Source: Eledone cirrhosa (lineage: Eukaryota). From it: a stretch of DNA of 64,000 nt. Location of the stretch: NCBI GenBank assembly GCA_964016885.1, contig OZ024764.1, forward strand, positions 28,768,001 through 28,832,000, read 5' to 3'. A program made the position numbers and the translations under genes. Positions 10,340 to 23,829 of this stretch are shown piece after piece (position 1 is the stretch's first letter; every line of letters starts with the position of its first letter). The notes beneath the pieces were generated by a model, which was given only the letters and a program-made list of their open reading frames with translations, made no database searches and was not told the origin of the DNA.

Positions 10340-12694
10340 TTACATCTGTCTGTGAACTCTTGAAAAAGCAACATACAATTGTCCAGGGTTAAATACTTGC
10401 TCAGGGAGGAACAGACCCACTTTATCATGTATTTGACCATGGTTCTTGTTGATTGTCATGGCATATGACAGTCTTAATGGAAACTGGGGTCTTTCCAAAG
10501 TAAAAGGGATGTTGGCACCACTGGGGGATAACTTCAGTCTTGGGATCAAAACACACCTGCCCATCAAAGGACCATAGATATGAGAAGCTTTGATAAAATG
10601 TTTATGCAGTTCTACTACTTCTAATCTTGTGCCATTACATAATCTGTTCTGGATTGAAATATTCCATAGAAGCATTATTATTGATCCTGCTTATAATTGG
10701 AGTTTGTGAGGCGGCATCCCAGAAGGTGTAAGCAAGTTCATTTAGCTTGAACCAGGCAGCAAGGGTCCCTGCATTTCTACCACAACCTGAGCATTGCCTC
10801 TTTGAAAGTAAACTCTGTTTGTTCTCCAGGTGTGTGACTAGGCTGTATACTGTATGTGATGTACCATGAAGCTTAAATTCCGAGAGACACGACACTGCTT
10901 CTGGCTGAGACACATACCTGCAACAAAGATAGGTTCTTATTTCATCATGGTTGTGTTGGTTCTGAGCCTCATTAGGTAATGCATTATTCGTTACTTCTAT
11001 AGATGTACAATCATGCCCCATGTAACATATTTAAAGAGGTACTTGACACTTTTTACAGAAGCGCAAACTTCAACATTAATATGTGCACAATATTTCTTAA
11101 TCAAAAAGGCATTAAATGGCACAACATTCCTGTTATCTACTGAATGTCATCCAATTTACACTGCAGTTCCTGTCTTGCACCTCCTGTACTCTGGGTATCC
11201 ATTTAGGTTCAATAATGTTTCCCTTCTGTAGGTTTTTGGATAGTTCTTTTGGAAAAATCCATTTTGTATAAATGGGGGAAAAGGGTTTCCAGAACCACAT
11301 GGCCTGTGGATCATAAACTTTTAAACCTGCTCATGTAGTACTGGATCATCTTCCAATGCAGGTATTTCTGCTGACACGATTCTGTCAATGTCTTCTCTGT
11401 TTCTTATCTTGTCTTCATTTTTTAAGGCTCAGTGTTATCATCTGTTTAGATAATTCATTAAACCATTATACTCATCCACTCACAATTGGGCTTGATTGTT
11501 CCTCAAATATAGAAGCCTGCATCCCTCTACTTTCATATAGGCATCCACTAAATACTGCTAAAATAATTTACCTGCCCTATATATCACACTAAATCCTCCT
11601 CTATATGCTATACTGTATATGTAATACTCCTGCATTGTCAGTCTATTGCAAACACAGGTCCTGCATTCCTCTCCATGTCACTATGCCACCAAAATTCACC
11701 ATTATGGGTCAGTCATGAGGTCCAAGTGGCATGAATTATGTGATATTTTCTGAGGAGGATGGTCTTTAGGAAAGATGATAATATCTCTTTGTACAGGTGG
11801 TCTGCCCTCAAACCCCACAAAACAACAGCTATCATTACTAGTTGGTAAATTATAGCAGCTCATATCTGATCCTCTTCTAAATCTTAATTCACAGTTCTGT
11901 ACACGACAATTTTCTCTTCTTGCACTTTGCTGTTTGATGCCATGCATTGTATTGTACACTTCGACATATGGATAACATTCATGCAACACCTCTCTTATCA
12001 TAGCCATTTTTTGTGGTGAGCAGTCATTATTTGTTGGTACTAGGGCGGTGGATTGGCAGTATCGGTAGAGCGTCAGACACCATGCTTTGCAGCATAGGGT
12101 TATGGCCCTTTACGTTCTGGGTTCAAATCCCTCCAAGGTTGACTTTGTTTTCATCCTTATGAGGTCGATAGAATAAAGTACCAGTAATTGCTGGCCTTGT
12201 GCCAGAAACAATTATTTGGTCGTACTTCCAATCTGTGCTACACACCTTCGTTCCCATCAATAATATATAACTGGCCATATTGTGGTGTATTTTCTGCAGG
12301 TTACAGAGATGGGGGTGTATTGATATGTTTGACCCTGAATATGAAAGCTATACGGGCCTCTGCCGGGTGGTAACACCAAATGAAGTGAAATAAATGTAGT
12401 TTTAATTGCAGATGTTTCTGTGAAATCAACTGCTTCCTGGCCTCTTTCAAAGAGATTTCTCAGTCTCTCGGGGTATATTTGCAATGGAGGCAACACAACC
12501 TTTCCTTTATTACAACAGTTACAATTTTCATTTCTAAATTTCAAAGCTTCACAGTGATCACACGAAACATTCATATCACTAATATGAAATTCTTCTAGAT
12601 TTCCATTAATATTAATTGTTGGCCAATTTCTCTTATGACGCTCATTATCCATTCTTCTCTGTCTGAATGTTTTCCATTCTAAGTCTATTTGCAT
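10340..12694 (-). mobile_element. Internally deleted Helitron RepHel pseudogene, copy H1
   Basis: N-terminal CxxC/CCxxGKV and GPYSFHIQGQTY; Rep-region QYLVDAYMKVE, IDRIVSAEIP, HINVEVCASVKSVKYLFKY and DEIRTYL..RYVS.PEA; PIF1-type C-terminus LCNGTRL...QFPLRLSYAMTINKNHGQ...GQLYVAFSRV. Many stops and frameshifts. Confidence 0.95.
12042..12210 (+). mobile_element. tRNA-derived SINE inserted in the Helitron ORF; same insertion at 21342-21510, 48674-48842, 58341-58509
   Basis: A box TGGCAGTATCGG and B box GGTTCAAATCC. Imperfect 16-bp TSD ATTATTTGTTGGTACT / ATTATTTGGT(T/C)GTACT. Removing the SINE restores the frame LEVQPNNDCSPQKMA. Confidence 0.9.
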
Positions 12695-12798
12695 GGAATA
12701 ATTATATTCTGTTGTTTATTATGTAATTAAATAGCTCTGTACAATACATAGAGCATTCTTCTTTTCTTTACCTTTTCTATAGAAATACAAGAACAAAC

Positions 12799-12830
<32 letters not shown>

Positions 12831-12925
12831 GTGTGTATATACATAAACAAGACTGTTATTACTCCAACCAGTCTATTTACCTTTGATAACTATCCTAAAT
12901 ATAAATACACCTATACCGTACATAC

Positions 12926-14500
<1,575 letters not shown>

Positions 14501-14724
14501 ACACATACTATATATATATACATATATATAATTATATGTAAAGTCAGCTCCGTATTTAGGACAAATGAAGCATGTTCTAGTTATGAGGCCCCTTTCTTTG
14601 GCTCAGTAGGATGTAGGCTTGTTAAAATAATTCTTTTGGTAGGAAGATGGGCCCTCCTGTGTAGATTCCTTCCTTAATATTTCAGATAGGAGGGACCGTT
14701 TCTGTCTTCCTTTAGTTGTTCATT

Positions 14725-14805
14725 CCTTATTTTCAGTAATGTCCTTTCCGACCATAATTATGTCGGCGATGTAAGCATAAGTCTAATTTATTCTTTAATG
14801 AAGGG
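14725..14805 (-). pseudogene. Possible tiny Ty3/gypsy RT remnant
   Basis: FIKE*..(frameshift) TYAYIADIIMVGKDITEN resembles TFAY(L/I)DDI.I.G. Short and degenerate. Confidence 0.35.
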
Positions 14806-14819
14806 TAGATCCTTCGATA

Positions 14820-15041
14820 GTGGAGGCCCGTGGTCTTACGATCATATGTGTATTCGATTCCTGGACCGTGTTGTTAGTTGTTTTACTTGAGCAAAAACTT
14901 AATTTCACATAGGTGGGGGGTTAACCCTGCGATGGACTGACATCATGTCCAGGGGGAAGTCATGTACTCTCAGTCCCTTTACGCTAGAGGAACTGGGACA
15001 GGCACCTGCTTGATAAGTCTCCAGGCTTGAGCTGACTTTAC
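14820..15041 (+). mobile_element. Internally deleted tRNA-SINE with V-SINE-like body
   Basis: B-box-like TTCGATTCC, then TTGAGCAAAAACTT, then AACCCTGCGATGGACTGACATCATGTCCAGGGGG resembling V-SINE (AC1/DANA-type) sequence, from memory. Confidence 0.6.
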
Positions 15042-15220
15042 ACTTTGGAAATCCTTAGATATTCTTCTTGGTGATATATTTGTTAGCTTTGACTTTAATT
15101 CATCTGTTTACACCACTAATAATTCATAGATAGAAAAACGTTTGTGGCTTTAGTACACCTTTAGGCTTTAATTTCAATTACTGACTATGTCTAACGAAGT
15201 AATAACTGGAGCGACTAAAC

Positions 15221-15308
15221 CAGGGTTTCCTAACCTGGTGATATCAACCACCGGTGGCCGATTTCAACTTGGTCGCTTCGGCCACAAACCCGGGTACCGC
15301 GGCCCACG
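15221..15308 (+). mobile_element. hAT-like left terminus fragment
   Basis: GACTAAAC followed by CAGGGTTTCCTAACCTG and GC-rich subterminal sequence. Confidence 0.45.
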
Positions 15309-15387
15309 AAGGAAAGGAAGATAAACAAATATCAGAGGATTGTCCGGCTTCTTCCTCTTGGCACCTGTAGCCACCATGACGTATAAG

Positions 15388-15434
<47 letters not shown>

Positions 15435-15517
15435 CTATCTATCTATCTATATATATATCATCATTTTCATTTTACGTCTGCTTTTCCCTGTTTGCAAGGG
15501 TGGGACATATATATATA

Positions 15518-17700
15518 TCATCATCATTATACATCCACTTTTCCCTGCTTATAAGGGTGGGACAGATCCTCTTCAGCGCAGCATCTCTCCTTCATCATCT
15601 CCTCTGAGCTTCAACGATCTGAGGTCAGCTCTCACTACCTCTGCCCATATCTTCCTTGGTCTTCCTCTACTGCATATTCCTCCCACTGGGATTACTTGGC
15701 ACTTCTTCACCCTGCGGTAATCCTGCATACGCATCGCATGGCCATACCAACGCAGTCTTTTCTCCCGCACACTGCAGTTTATCCTTCTTATAGAGTTTCA
15801 CTCTCAACTCGTCCATGCTTGGTCTTTCACGCACATTGACATTGCACATCCAATGGAGCATGCTTGCTTCATTTCTCTTCAGCCTTCGCATATCCTCTGC
15901 AGTTGCTGCCCATGTCTCACTACCATGCAACATTGTGCATCTCACACAGGCATCAAACAACCAACCTTTTGTATGCAGGGAGAAACCCTCTTTGTCACCA
16001 GAGGAGGCAGCTCCCTAAACTTCTTCCAGCCCGTCCTTATTCTAGATACTATGGCCTCGGAACACCCCCCCCCCCCCCCTCCCATACTAATCTGATCACC
16101 TAGGTACTGAAGCTATCAACCACTTTTATAGAACCAACTTGCATTTGAAAAATGTGTCTATCAATGCGACTTCTACTGTCAAATTTCCCTGTACATCTAC
16201 TGCAAACGTAGTTTTCCCTACCTGTTAGTTTGCCTACTATCCCACTACATCTCGTGTGTACCCAAGATCTGCATTGTGTACATTTTATAGAATGTATGCC
16301 AGTTCCTTTTCTGCATATCGAACATGGCCATCAGAGTTTTGTCCTTTTTTCTACTTATCAACACTTTTGTTTTAGCTGGGTTCACTCTCAGTCCTCTTAA
16401 TTCCAACTGCTGTTTCCATAGCCAGAATTTATTCTCTAGCTCCTCTACTGATTCTGCTATAAAAACCAGATTGTCAGTATAGAGAAGTTCCCATGGGCAG
16501 CTAGTCTTAAACTCCTCTGTTATGGCTTGGAGGACTATAATGAAGAAGAGCGGGCTGAGGACCGAACTCTGATGGACTCCTCCTTGTATCTGGAATTCCT
16601 CACTAAACTCCATTCCTACCCTCACTTTACAGACAGTACCTCTGTACAAAGCTTGTACTGTCCTCACAAGCCATTCCTCAACACCTAGTTTCCTTAGGGA
16701 TCACCAGATGACAGACTGGGGTACACTATCAAAGGCTTTCTCTAGGTCAACAAAAGCTAAGTATAATGGCTTATTCTTCTCTAAGAAGAGGGCATCGGTT
16801 GTACTTTTCCCAGGCACAAAACCAAACTGCATCTCATCTAGTTTGACTCTTTCTCTAATTAGTTGCTCTAATATCCTTTCTGCCACTTTCATAACTTGAT
16901 CCATCAGTTTTCTGCCTCTATAATTGATCCTCTCCAGAGCATCCCCTTTACCTTTGTAGCAATTTATGAGAATACTGCTGCACCAGTCTTTGGGTATGAC
17001 TCCGCCATATATAGCTTGATTGATTATGCTTGCAACCAGTTTAGTACCTACTTCTCCTCATGCCTTCAGCATCTCAGCAACTATCCCTGATGGTCCAGCT
17101 GCCTTACCATTTTTCCTTTCTTTAATTGCCTCTTTGACCCTATAGTCAACAATCTCAATAGCTGGTCCCTCTGTTCGGTCAAATGTGGGTAGTTTCTCTC
17201 TCTCCCATTCATTCTCTACATTCATCAGCCTCTCATAATGGCATTTCCAGGCCTCCTTTTTCTGATCATTATTGACACTGAGTACACCAGCATCATTCCG
17301 GACACATTTATCTCCAACAACATCCCGATTTACACTGACACACTGGCTTGCAATGCGGAACACCGCACGTCTTTGATCTTCCCGTCACAGAACATTGGCA
17401 ACCCTCCTATTCTCAGCCTCCCTGCGTGCTAAGTACACCTGACGTCTAGCTTCTTTCTTAGCGGCTGTGCATCGGTCTCTACTCCCACCATTTATCCAAG
17501 TGTTCCATGCTAGTCTTTTGTCTCTAATGGCCTTATCTACCGTGTTGTCCCACCACCAGGTCACTCTCTGTCTGGTCGGAGCTCTGCTCCAGCCACAAGT
17601 GTCTTCAGCAGCCTGCAGTAAGTTGTCACATAAGAAATTCCAGTTATTATCTATGTCATACGATTCTAAAACGGCTTCTTTCTCGTCATACACATCTTGA
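15518..17700 (-). mobile_element. 5'-truncated, frameshifted RTE-clade LINE (reverse transcriptase)
   Basis: KNGKAAGPSGIVAEMLK, QFGFVPGKSTTDA, AFVDLEKAFDSV, GVHQSSVLSPLFF, LLYTDNL (YADD decayed), GSETW, LRWYGHAMRM, RGRPRKIW; 3' tail ATGATGAT. No endonuclease region present. Confidence 0.95.
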
Positions 17701-17709
17701 AGGGCTTAA

Positions 17710-17917
17710 CCCCTTAGCATTAAAACCAGCTGTAACCGGCCAGAATTCTCTCACCTCTTTCTGTTCAAACCAGCCCTAATTAACCACTCATACTGATGTT
17801 AAAGTATTGTTCTGAAAATAAATAATATCGAAATCTCATAGATTCGATATTATGTGAGATAAAGCCGTTACTGTGAAAATACAATAGTATATATAGAGTA
17901 ATGTGAATGCTAAAGGG
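17710..17917. mobile_element. piggyBac-type MITE
   Basis: TTAA|CCCCTTAGCATT ... AATGCTAAAGGG|GTAA: 11/12 TIR match with a TTAA-like target duplication. Sits at the point where LINE similarity ends. Confidence 0.75.
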
Positions 17918-18379
17918 GTAAGAGATTTAATATTCTTAAGATTTAGATGTTTAAACTAATTTTAGTAAATTAAATTTGTTGCTTGTTTAGTTTTTCTTGT
18001 ATTCACTTCTTTAAAAACCACAGTGTTGCTACCACGGTTGTTATGGCTACCTCCCACCACTCCTCTCTCTATCAATGGAAGCAGACGACCAGGAAAAATA
18101 TATTAAAATATTATAAATAAATCGCTGATTTTATTTTATCTGTCTTTGTCTTGTTTATCTCATTCTGTTCTTTATAAACCCATTTATAACATTTTATAAG
18201 GTTTTCTCAACGTAAACATCGGCGATTTCCCCCTCTCTATATATCTTATACTCTCTCTCTCTCTCTCATATGATTAGAAAATGTTAAAAATAACAGCCAA
18301 ATCTATCAACCTCTTATTTCTCACCTTCTCTTTACATCTATCACTCTGTCAGAAGTAAAGAGAGATGAGAAATAAGAGA

Positions 18380-18570
18380 TAGATAGAGGGTGAGAAATAC
18401 AAAGAAGAAAGAATAAAAGAAGTAAAGATAGGGTGAGAAATATGAGGTAGATAGAGTAATAGAAATAAAGAGAGGGTGAGAAATACGAGGAAGAAAGTGT
18501 AATAAAAGAAAAGAGAGGGTGAGAAAGTAGAGGTAGATAGAGTAATAAAAGTAAAGAGAGGGTGAGAGAA
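18380..18570. repeat. Degenerate purine-rich ~43-45-bp tandem repeat
   Basis: AGGGTGAGAAA recurs five times at near-regular spacing. Confidence 0.6.
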
Positions 18571-18731
18571 TTGAGTGTGTGACACATTCGTCTTTCTATC
18601 TCTCTCTATTTCTCCTCCTTCCATGTATTATTGTCTCTTACTACTCATCGTAAAAGATGATCCCCGCGCCATCTTTCGAGTAAGCAATGAAACTCTAAAG
18701 AACCATGGGTGATAACTCTATTTGAAAAATT

Positions 18732-18812
18732 GAGGCGCCGGAAGGGTTCGAACCCATGTAACGTCATGATGCTAATGTTTGTAAGCCGAATCGCTAACCA
18801 CCCATCTACATA
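18732..18812 (-). mobile_element. tRNA-derived SINE head or pseudo-tRNA; weaker second copy ~18900-18955
   Basis: Reverse complement GTAGATGGGTGGTTAGCG..CTTACAA..GGGTTCGAACCC: B box, Val(TAC)-like loop, oversized variable region. Confidence 0.5.
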
Positions 18813-19696
18813 AGTAACTGTTCGTAGCGCCCTCTTTCACTAAACAGTGAAACTATATAAAAAGACTAGGAGATAACTCGTGTGGCACTATAGAGAAGAG
18901 TGTAAGATTCGAACCATGTAACGTTACAGCCCTAAGGTTAGTAAGCGGAGCTACGGATTTAAAAGGAAAATCGCGTTTAAAATAAGCTTTATAAAGATAA
19001 ACCAAATTTTATGTGACTCCATTTTGTTTGTTATTGTTTCTTTTACTGTTTTACTTATTTCTTATTTCTTATTAAATTACACTTAATTAATTCCATTAAA
19101 TATTTATTCTTGCTCATATTAAATTACTGTATATTTATTCATGTCATTGTTGCAACTTTCATTTCTACATCTTTCATTTATACCGACTGTTACACCGGTC
19201 GTATAATTACTTTTATAACACCGCTATATTACCTACATGAAAGAGGTAAATATTTATTTCTCTTGTCTTCTTAACATAGCTAGGACCGTTTATTATTTAC
19301 TAGTCTCTACTCCTAGGATTTTGCTGGTCTCATGTCCCTTCCATCAACACACAATCGGTAGAAAGCTGGTCGTCGGAGGTAAAGTGGCCCTGATTACAGG
19401 TCTAGTATTGAAGCCTTTCGGCTTGAGCCTTGCTGATGCCGACAGAGTTCCTGTGGTAGTTTTGGTAGCACAGGTGACATTTTATTGTGTTTAGGTACCG
19501 GCTAGTGCGGACACAGAGAGCACGACCAAGTGTAGAGGGCCAGCTTTGAAATTCGAGCGAAGGAGTGAACTAGTAAAAGAGGCAGGGTAAGCAGCATTGG
19601 TTCTAACGGTGGGACTAGAATGGAGGTTGGGTGGTGCTGGGGGTGGTCTAACAGCTAACAGTTGTAGGAGTGGTGGGGGTTTGCTAGGATTAATTT

Positions 19697-21990
19697 TTAC
19701 ATCTGTCTGTGAACTCTTGAAAAAGCAACATACAATTGTCCAGGGTTAAATACTTGCTCAGGGAGGAACAGACCCACTTTATCATGTATTTGACCATGGT
19801 TCTTGTTGATTGTCATGGCATATGACAGTCTTAATGGAAACTGGGGTCTTTCCAAAGTAAAAGGGATGTTGGCACCACTGGGAACTAACTTCAGTCTTCG
19901 GATCAAAACACACCTGCCCATCAAAGGACCATAGATATGAGAAGCTTCGATAAAATGTTTATGCAGTTCCACTACTTCTAATCTTGTGCCAATAAAATAA
20001 TCTGTTCTGGATTGAAATATTCCATAGAAGCATTATTATTGATCCTGCTTTTAATTGGAGTTAGTGAGGCGGCATCCCAGAAGGTGTAAGCATTGCCTCT
20101 TTGAAAGTAAACTCTGTTTGTTCTCCAGGTGTGTGGCTAGGCTGTATACTGTATGTGATGTACCATGAAGCTTAAATTCTGAGAGACACAACACTGCTTC
20201 TGGCTGAGACACATACCTGCAACAAAGATAGGTTCTTATTTCATCATGGTTGTGTTGGTTCTGAGCCTCATTAGGTAATGCATTATTCGTTACTTCTATA
20301 GATGTACAATCATGCCCCATGTAACATATTTAAAGAGGTACTTGACACTTTTTACAGAAGCGCAAACTTCAACATTAATATGTGCACAATATTTCTTAAG
20401 CAAAAAGGCATTAAGTGGCACAACATTCCTGTTATCTACTGAATGTCATCCAATTTACACTGCAGTTCCTGTCTTGCACCTCCTGTACTCTGGGTATCCA
20501 TTTAGGTTCAATAATGTTTCCCTTCTGTAGGTTTTTGGATAGTTCTTTTGGAAAAATCCATTTTGTATAAATGGGGGAAAAGGGTTTCCAGAACCACATG
20601 GCCTGTGGATAATAAACTTTTAAACCTGCTCATGTAGTACTGGATCATCTTCCAATGCAGGTATTTCTGCTGACACGATTCTGTCAATGTCTTCTCTGTT
20701 TCATATCTTGTCTTCATTTTTTAAGGCTCAGTGTTATCATCTGTTTAGATAATTCATTAAACCATTATACTCATCCACTCACAATTGGGCTTGATTGTTC
20801 CTCAAATATTGAAGCCTGCATCCCTCTACTTTCATATAGGCATCCACTAAATACTGCTAAAATAATTTACCTGCCCTATATATCGCACTAAATCCTCCTC
20901 TATATGCTATACAGTATATGTAATACTCCTGCATTGTCAGTCTATTGCAAACACAGGTCCTGCATTCCTCTCCATGTCACTATGCCACCAAAATTCACCA
21001 TTATCGGTCGGTCATGAGGTCCAAGTGGCATGAATTATGTGGTATTTTCTGAGGAGGATGGTCTTTAGGAAAGATGATAATATCTCTTTGTACAGGTGGT
21101 GTGCCCTCAATCCCCCACAAAACAACAGCTATCATTACTAGTTGGTAAATTATAGCAGCTCATATCTGATCCTCTTCTAAATCTTAATTCACAGTTCTGT
21201 ACACGACAATTTTCTCTTCTAGAACTTTGTTGTTTGATGCCATGCATTGTATTGTACACTTCGACATATGGATAACATTCATGCAACACCTCTCTTATCA
21301 TAGCCATTTTTTGTGGTGAGCAGTCATTATTTGTTGGTACTAGGGCGGTGGATTGGCAGTATCGGTAGAGCGTCAGACACCATGCTTTGCAGCATAGGGT
21401 TATGGCCCTTTACGTTCTGGGTTCAAATCCCTCTAAGGTTGACTTTGTTTTCATCCTTATGAGGTCGATAGAATAAAGTACCAGTAATTGCTGGCCTTGT
21501 GCCAGAAACAATTATTTGGTTGTACTTCCAATCTGTGCTACACACTTTCATTCCCATCAATAATATATAACTGGCCATATTGTGGTGTATTTTCTGCAGG
21601 TTACAGAGATGGGGGTGTATTGATATGTTTGACCCTGAATATGAAAGCTATACGGGCCTCTGCCGGGTGGTAACACCAAATGAAGTGAAATAAATGTAGT
21701 TTTAATTGCAGATGTTTCTGTGAAATCAACTGCTTCCTGGCCTCTTTCAAAGAGATTTCTCAGTCTCTCAGGGTATATTTGCAATGGTGGCAACACAACC
21801 TTTCCTTTATTACAACAGTTACAATTTTCATTTCTAAATTTCAAAGCTCCACAGTGATCACACGAAACATTCATATCACTAATATGAAATTCTTCTACAT
21901 TTCCATTAATATTAATTGTTGGCCAATTTCTCTTACAACGCTCATTATCCATTCTTCTCTGTCTGAATGTTTTCCATTCTGTTGTTTATT
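19697..21990 (-). mobile_element. Helitron RepHel pseudogene copy H2 (duplicated block runs 19211-23035)
   Basis: Same motifs, same SINE and same internal deletions as H1, plus an extra 59-bp deletion near 20092. Confidence 0.95.
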
Positions 21991-23034
21991 ATGTAATTAA
22001 ATAGCTCTGTACAATACATAGAGCACTCTTCTTTTCTTTACCTTTTCTATAGAAATACAAGAACAAACATATATATATATATATATGTATATATGTGTGT
22101 ATATACATAAACAAGACTGTTATTACTCCAACCAGTCTATTTACCTTTGATAACTATCCTAAATATAAATACACCTATACCATACATACATATATCATAT
22201 ATCTTTTTGATGCCGTGGTATAGCAGAGATAAGCAAGAAGAGAAAAGAAATTGAAAAGGAGAAAAAAAAGGAAGTAAGAAGTCGGGGGAGGGACAGACAC
22301 TTCACCCCAGTCTAAGTGGTCCCTCAGCCGCAACACGTGGAAGAAACGTAAAAGCGTTACCTCGGAACAAGGTCAGAGACACCTGCTACAATAGTTGCCC
22401 CTCCTCACGAGGCTCCTGCCGTCTTTCCTCCCGACTTTATGGAGGAAATCAGCAGTAGGGGGACCAAGTATGGCAGAGGTCTCAATGGAGTGGAAGAGGT
22501 GAGTCAGGCCTCAGTACTATCTTACTCTCCTCTGCGTTGCGGGGTGTGGAGCCTAGGTTTGTGGCTGTAGCTATATTTGAACTTTTATATGAAATTTCAG
22601 TTTTATATTTTTCACATCTTAAAACTTAATCTTAGTCTTTTGCAGCTCATCTAGTTTCATCTCACAGCACACGATTTGGGAACCACTGCTCTAGAGATAG
22701 AAAAAGTATATTTTATGCAAGGCTTCCTTGAGACATAAAAACTATTTCAAGAGATCAACATGGGTAGAAAGGTTGAGAAATGCTGCTCAATGTTCTTCGG
22801 TTTTTGTTCACCTTTAAATAATCATGTATAAAATATCGGGTGTGCAAGATTTCATGAAAAGGTATAACATTATTTATGCTGATCTTGCAGGGACTAGCTC
22901 CAATTGAGATTTGTACAATTCCCACTAAACTCGAAACTCCTGGACAATATATACATATCTTTATAAGTTCCTGTGTATTGTGGCGGTGTCTAATGAAACA
23001 TAAATATATACCATGCATGTCAGTCAGATTTGAA

Positions 23035-23829
23035 CAGAATTATTAGCCACAGGGGCAGAGATGTCCATAACATTACATGACAGAATTATTAGCCACAGGG
23101 GCAGAGATGTCCATAACATTACATGTCAGAATTATGAGCCACTGGGGCAGAGATGTCCCTAACATTACATGTCAGAATTATTAGCCACAGGGGCAGAGAT
23201 GTCCATAACATAACATGACAGAATTATTAGCCACAGGGGCAGAGATGTCCATAACATTACATGTGGCTAATAATTCTGTCATGTAATGTTATGGACATCT
23301 CTGCCCCTGTGGCTAATAATTCTGTCATGTAATGTTATGGTCATCTCTGCCCCTATGGCTAATAAATCTGTCATGTAATGTTATGGACATCTCTGCCCCT
23401 GTGGCTAATAATTATGTCATGTAATGTTATAGACATCTCTGCCCCTGTGGCTAATAAATCTGTCATGTAATGTTATGGACATCTCTGCCCCTGTGGCTAA
23501 TAAATCTGTCATGTAATGTTATGGACATCTCTGCCCCTGTGGCTAATAATTCTGACATGTAATGTTATGGACATCTCTGCCCCTGTGGCTAATAAATCTG
23601 CCATGTAATGTTATGGACATCTCTGCCCCTGTGGCTAATAAATCTGTCATGTAATGTTATGGACATCTCTGCCCCTGTGGCTAATAATTCTGACATGTAA
23701 TGTTATGGACATCTCTGCCCCTGTGGCTAATAATTCTGACATGTGATGTTATGGACATCTCTGCCCCTGTGGCTAATAATTCTGACATGTAATGTTATGG
23801 ACATCTCTGCCCCTGTGGCTAATAATTCT
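23035..23829. repeat. 46-bp satellite run with an orientation switch at ~23263
   Basis: CAGAATTATTAGCCACAGGGGCAGAGATGTCCATAACATTACATGA at 23035, 23081 and onward (5 units), then ~12 reverse-complement units. Confidence 0.95.

Noticed and set aside
10320-10340. Helitron 3' CTAG terminus just after the helicase
   Set aside because: No GC-rich hairpin upstream and it is not followed by T on the minus strand.
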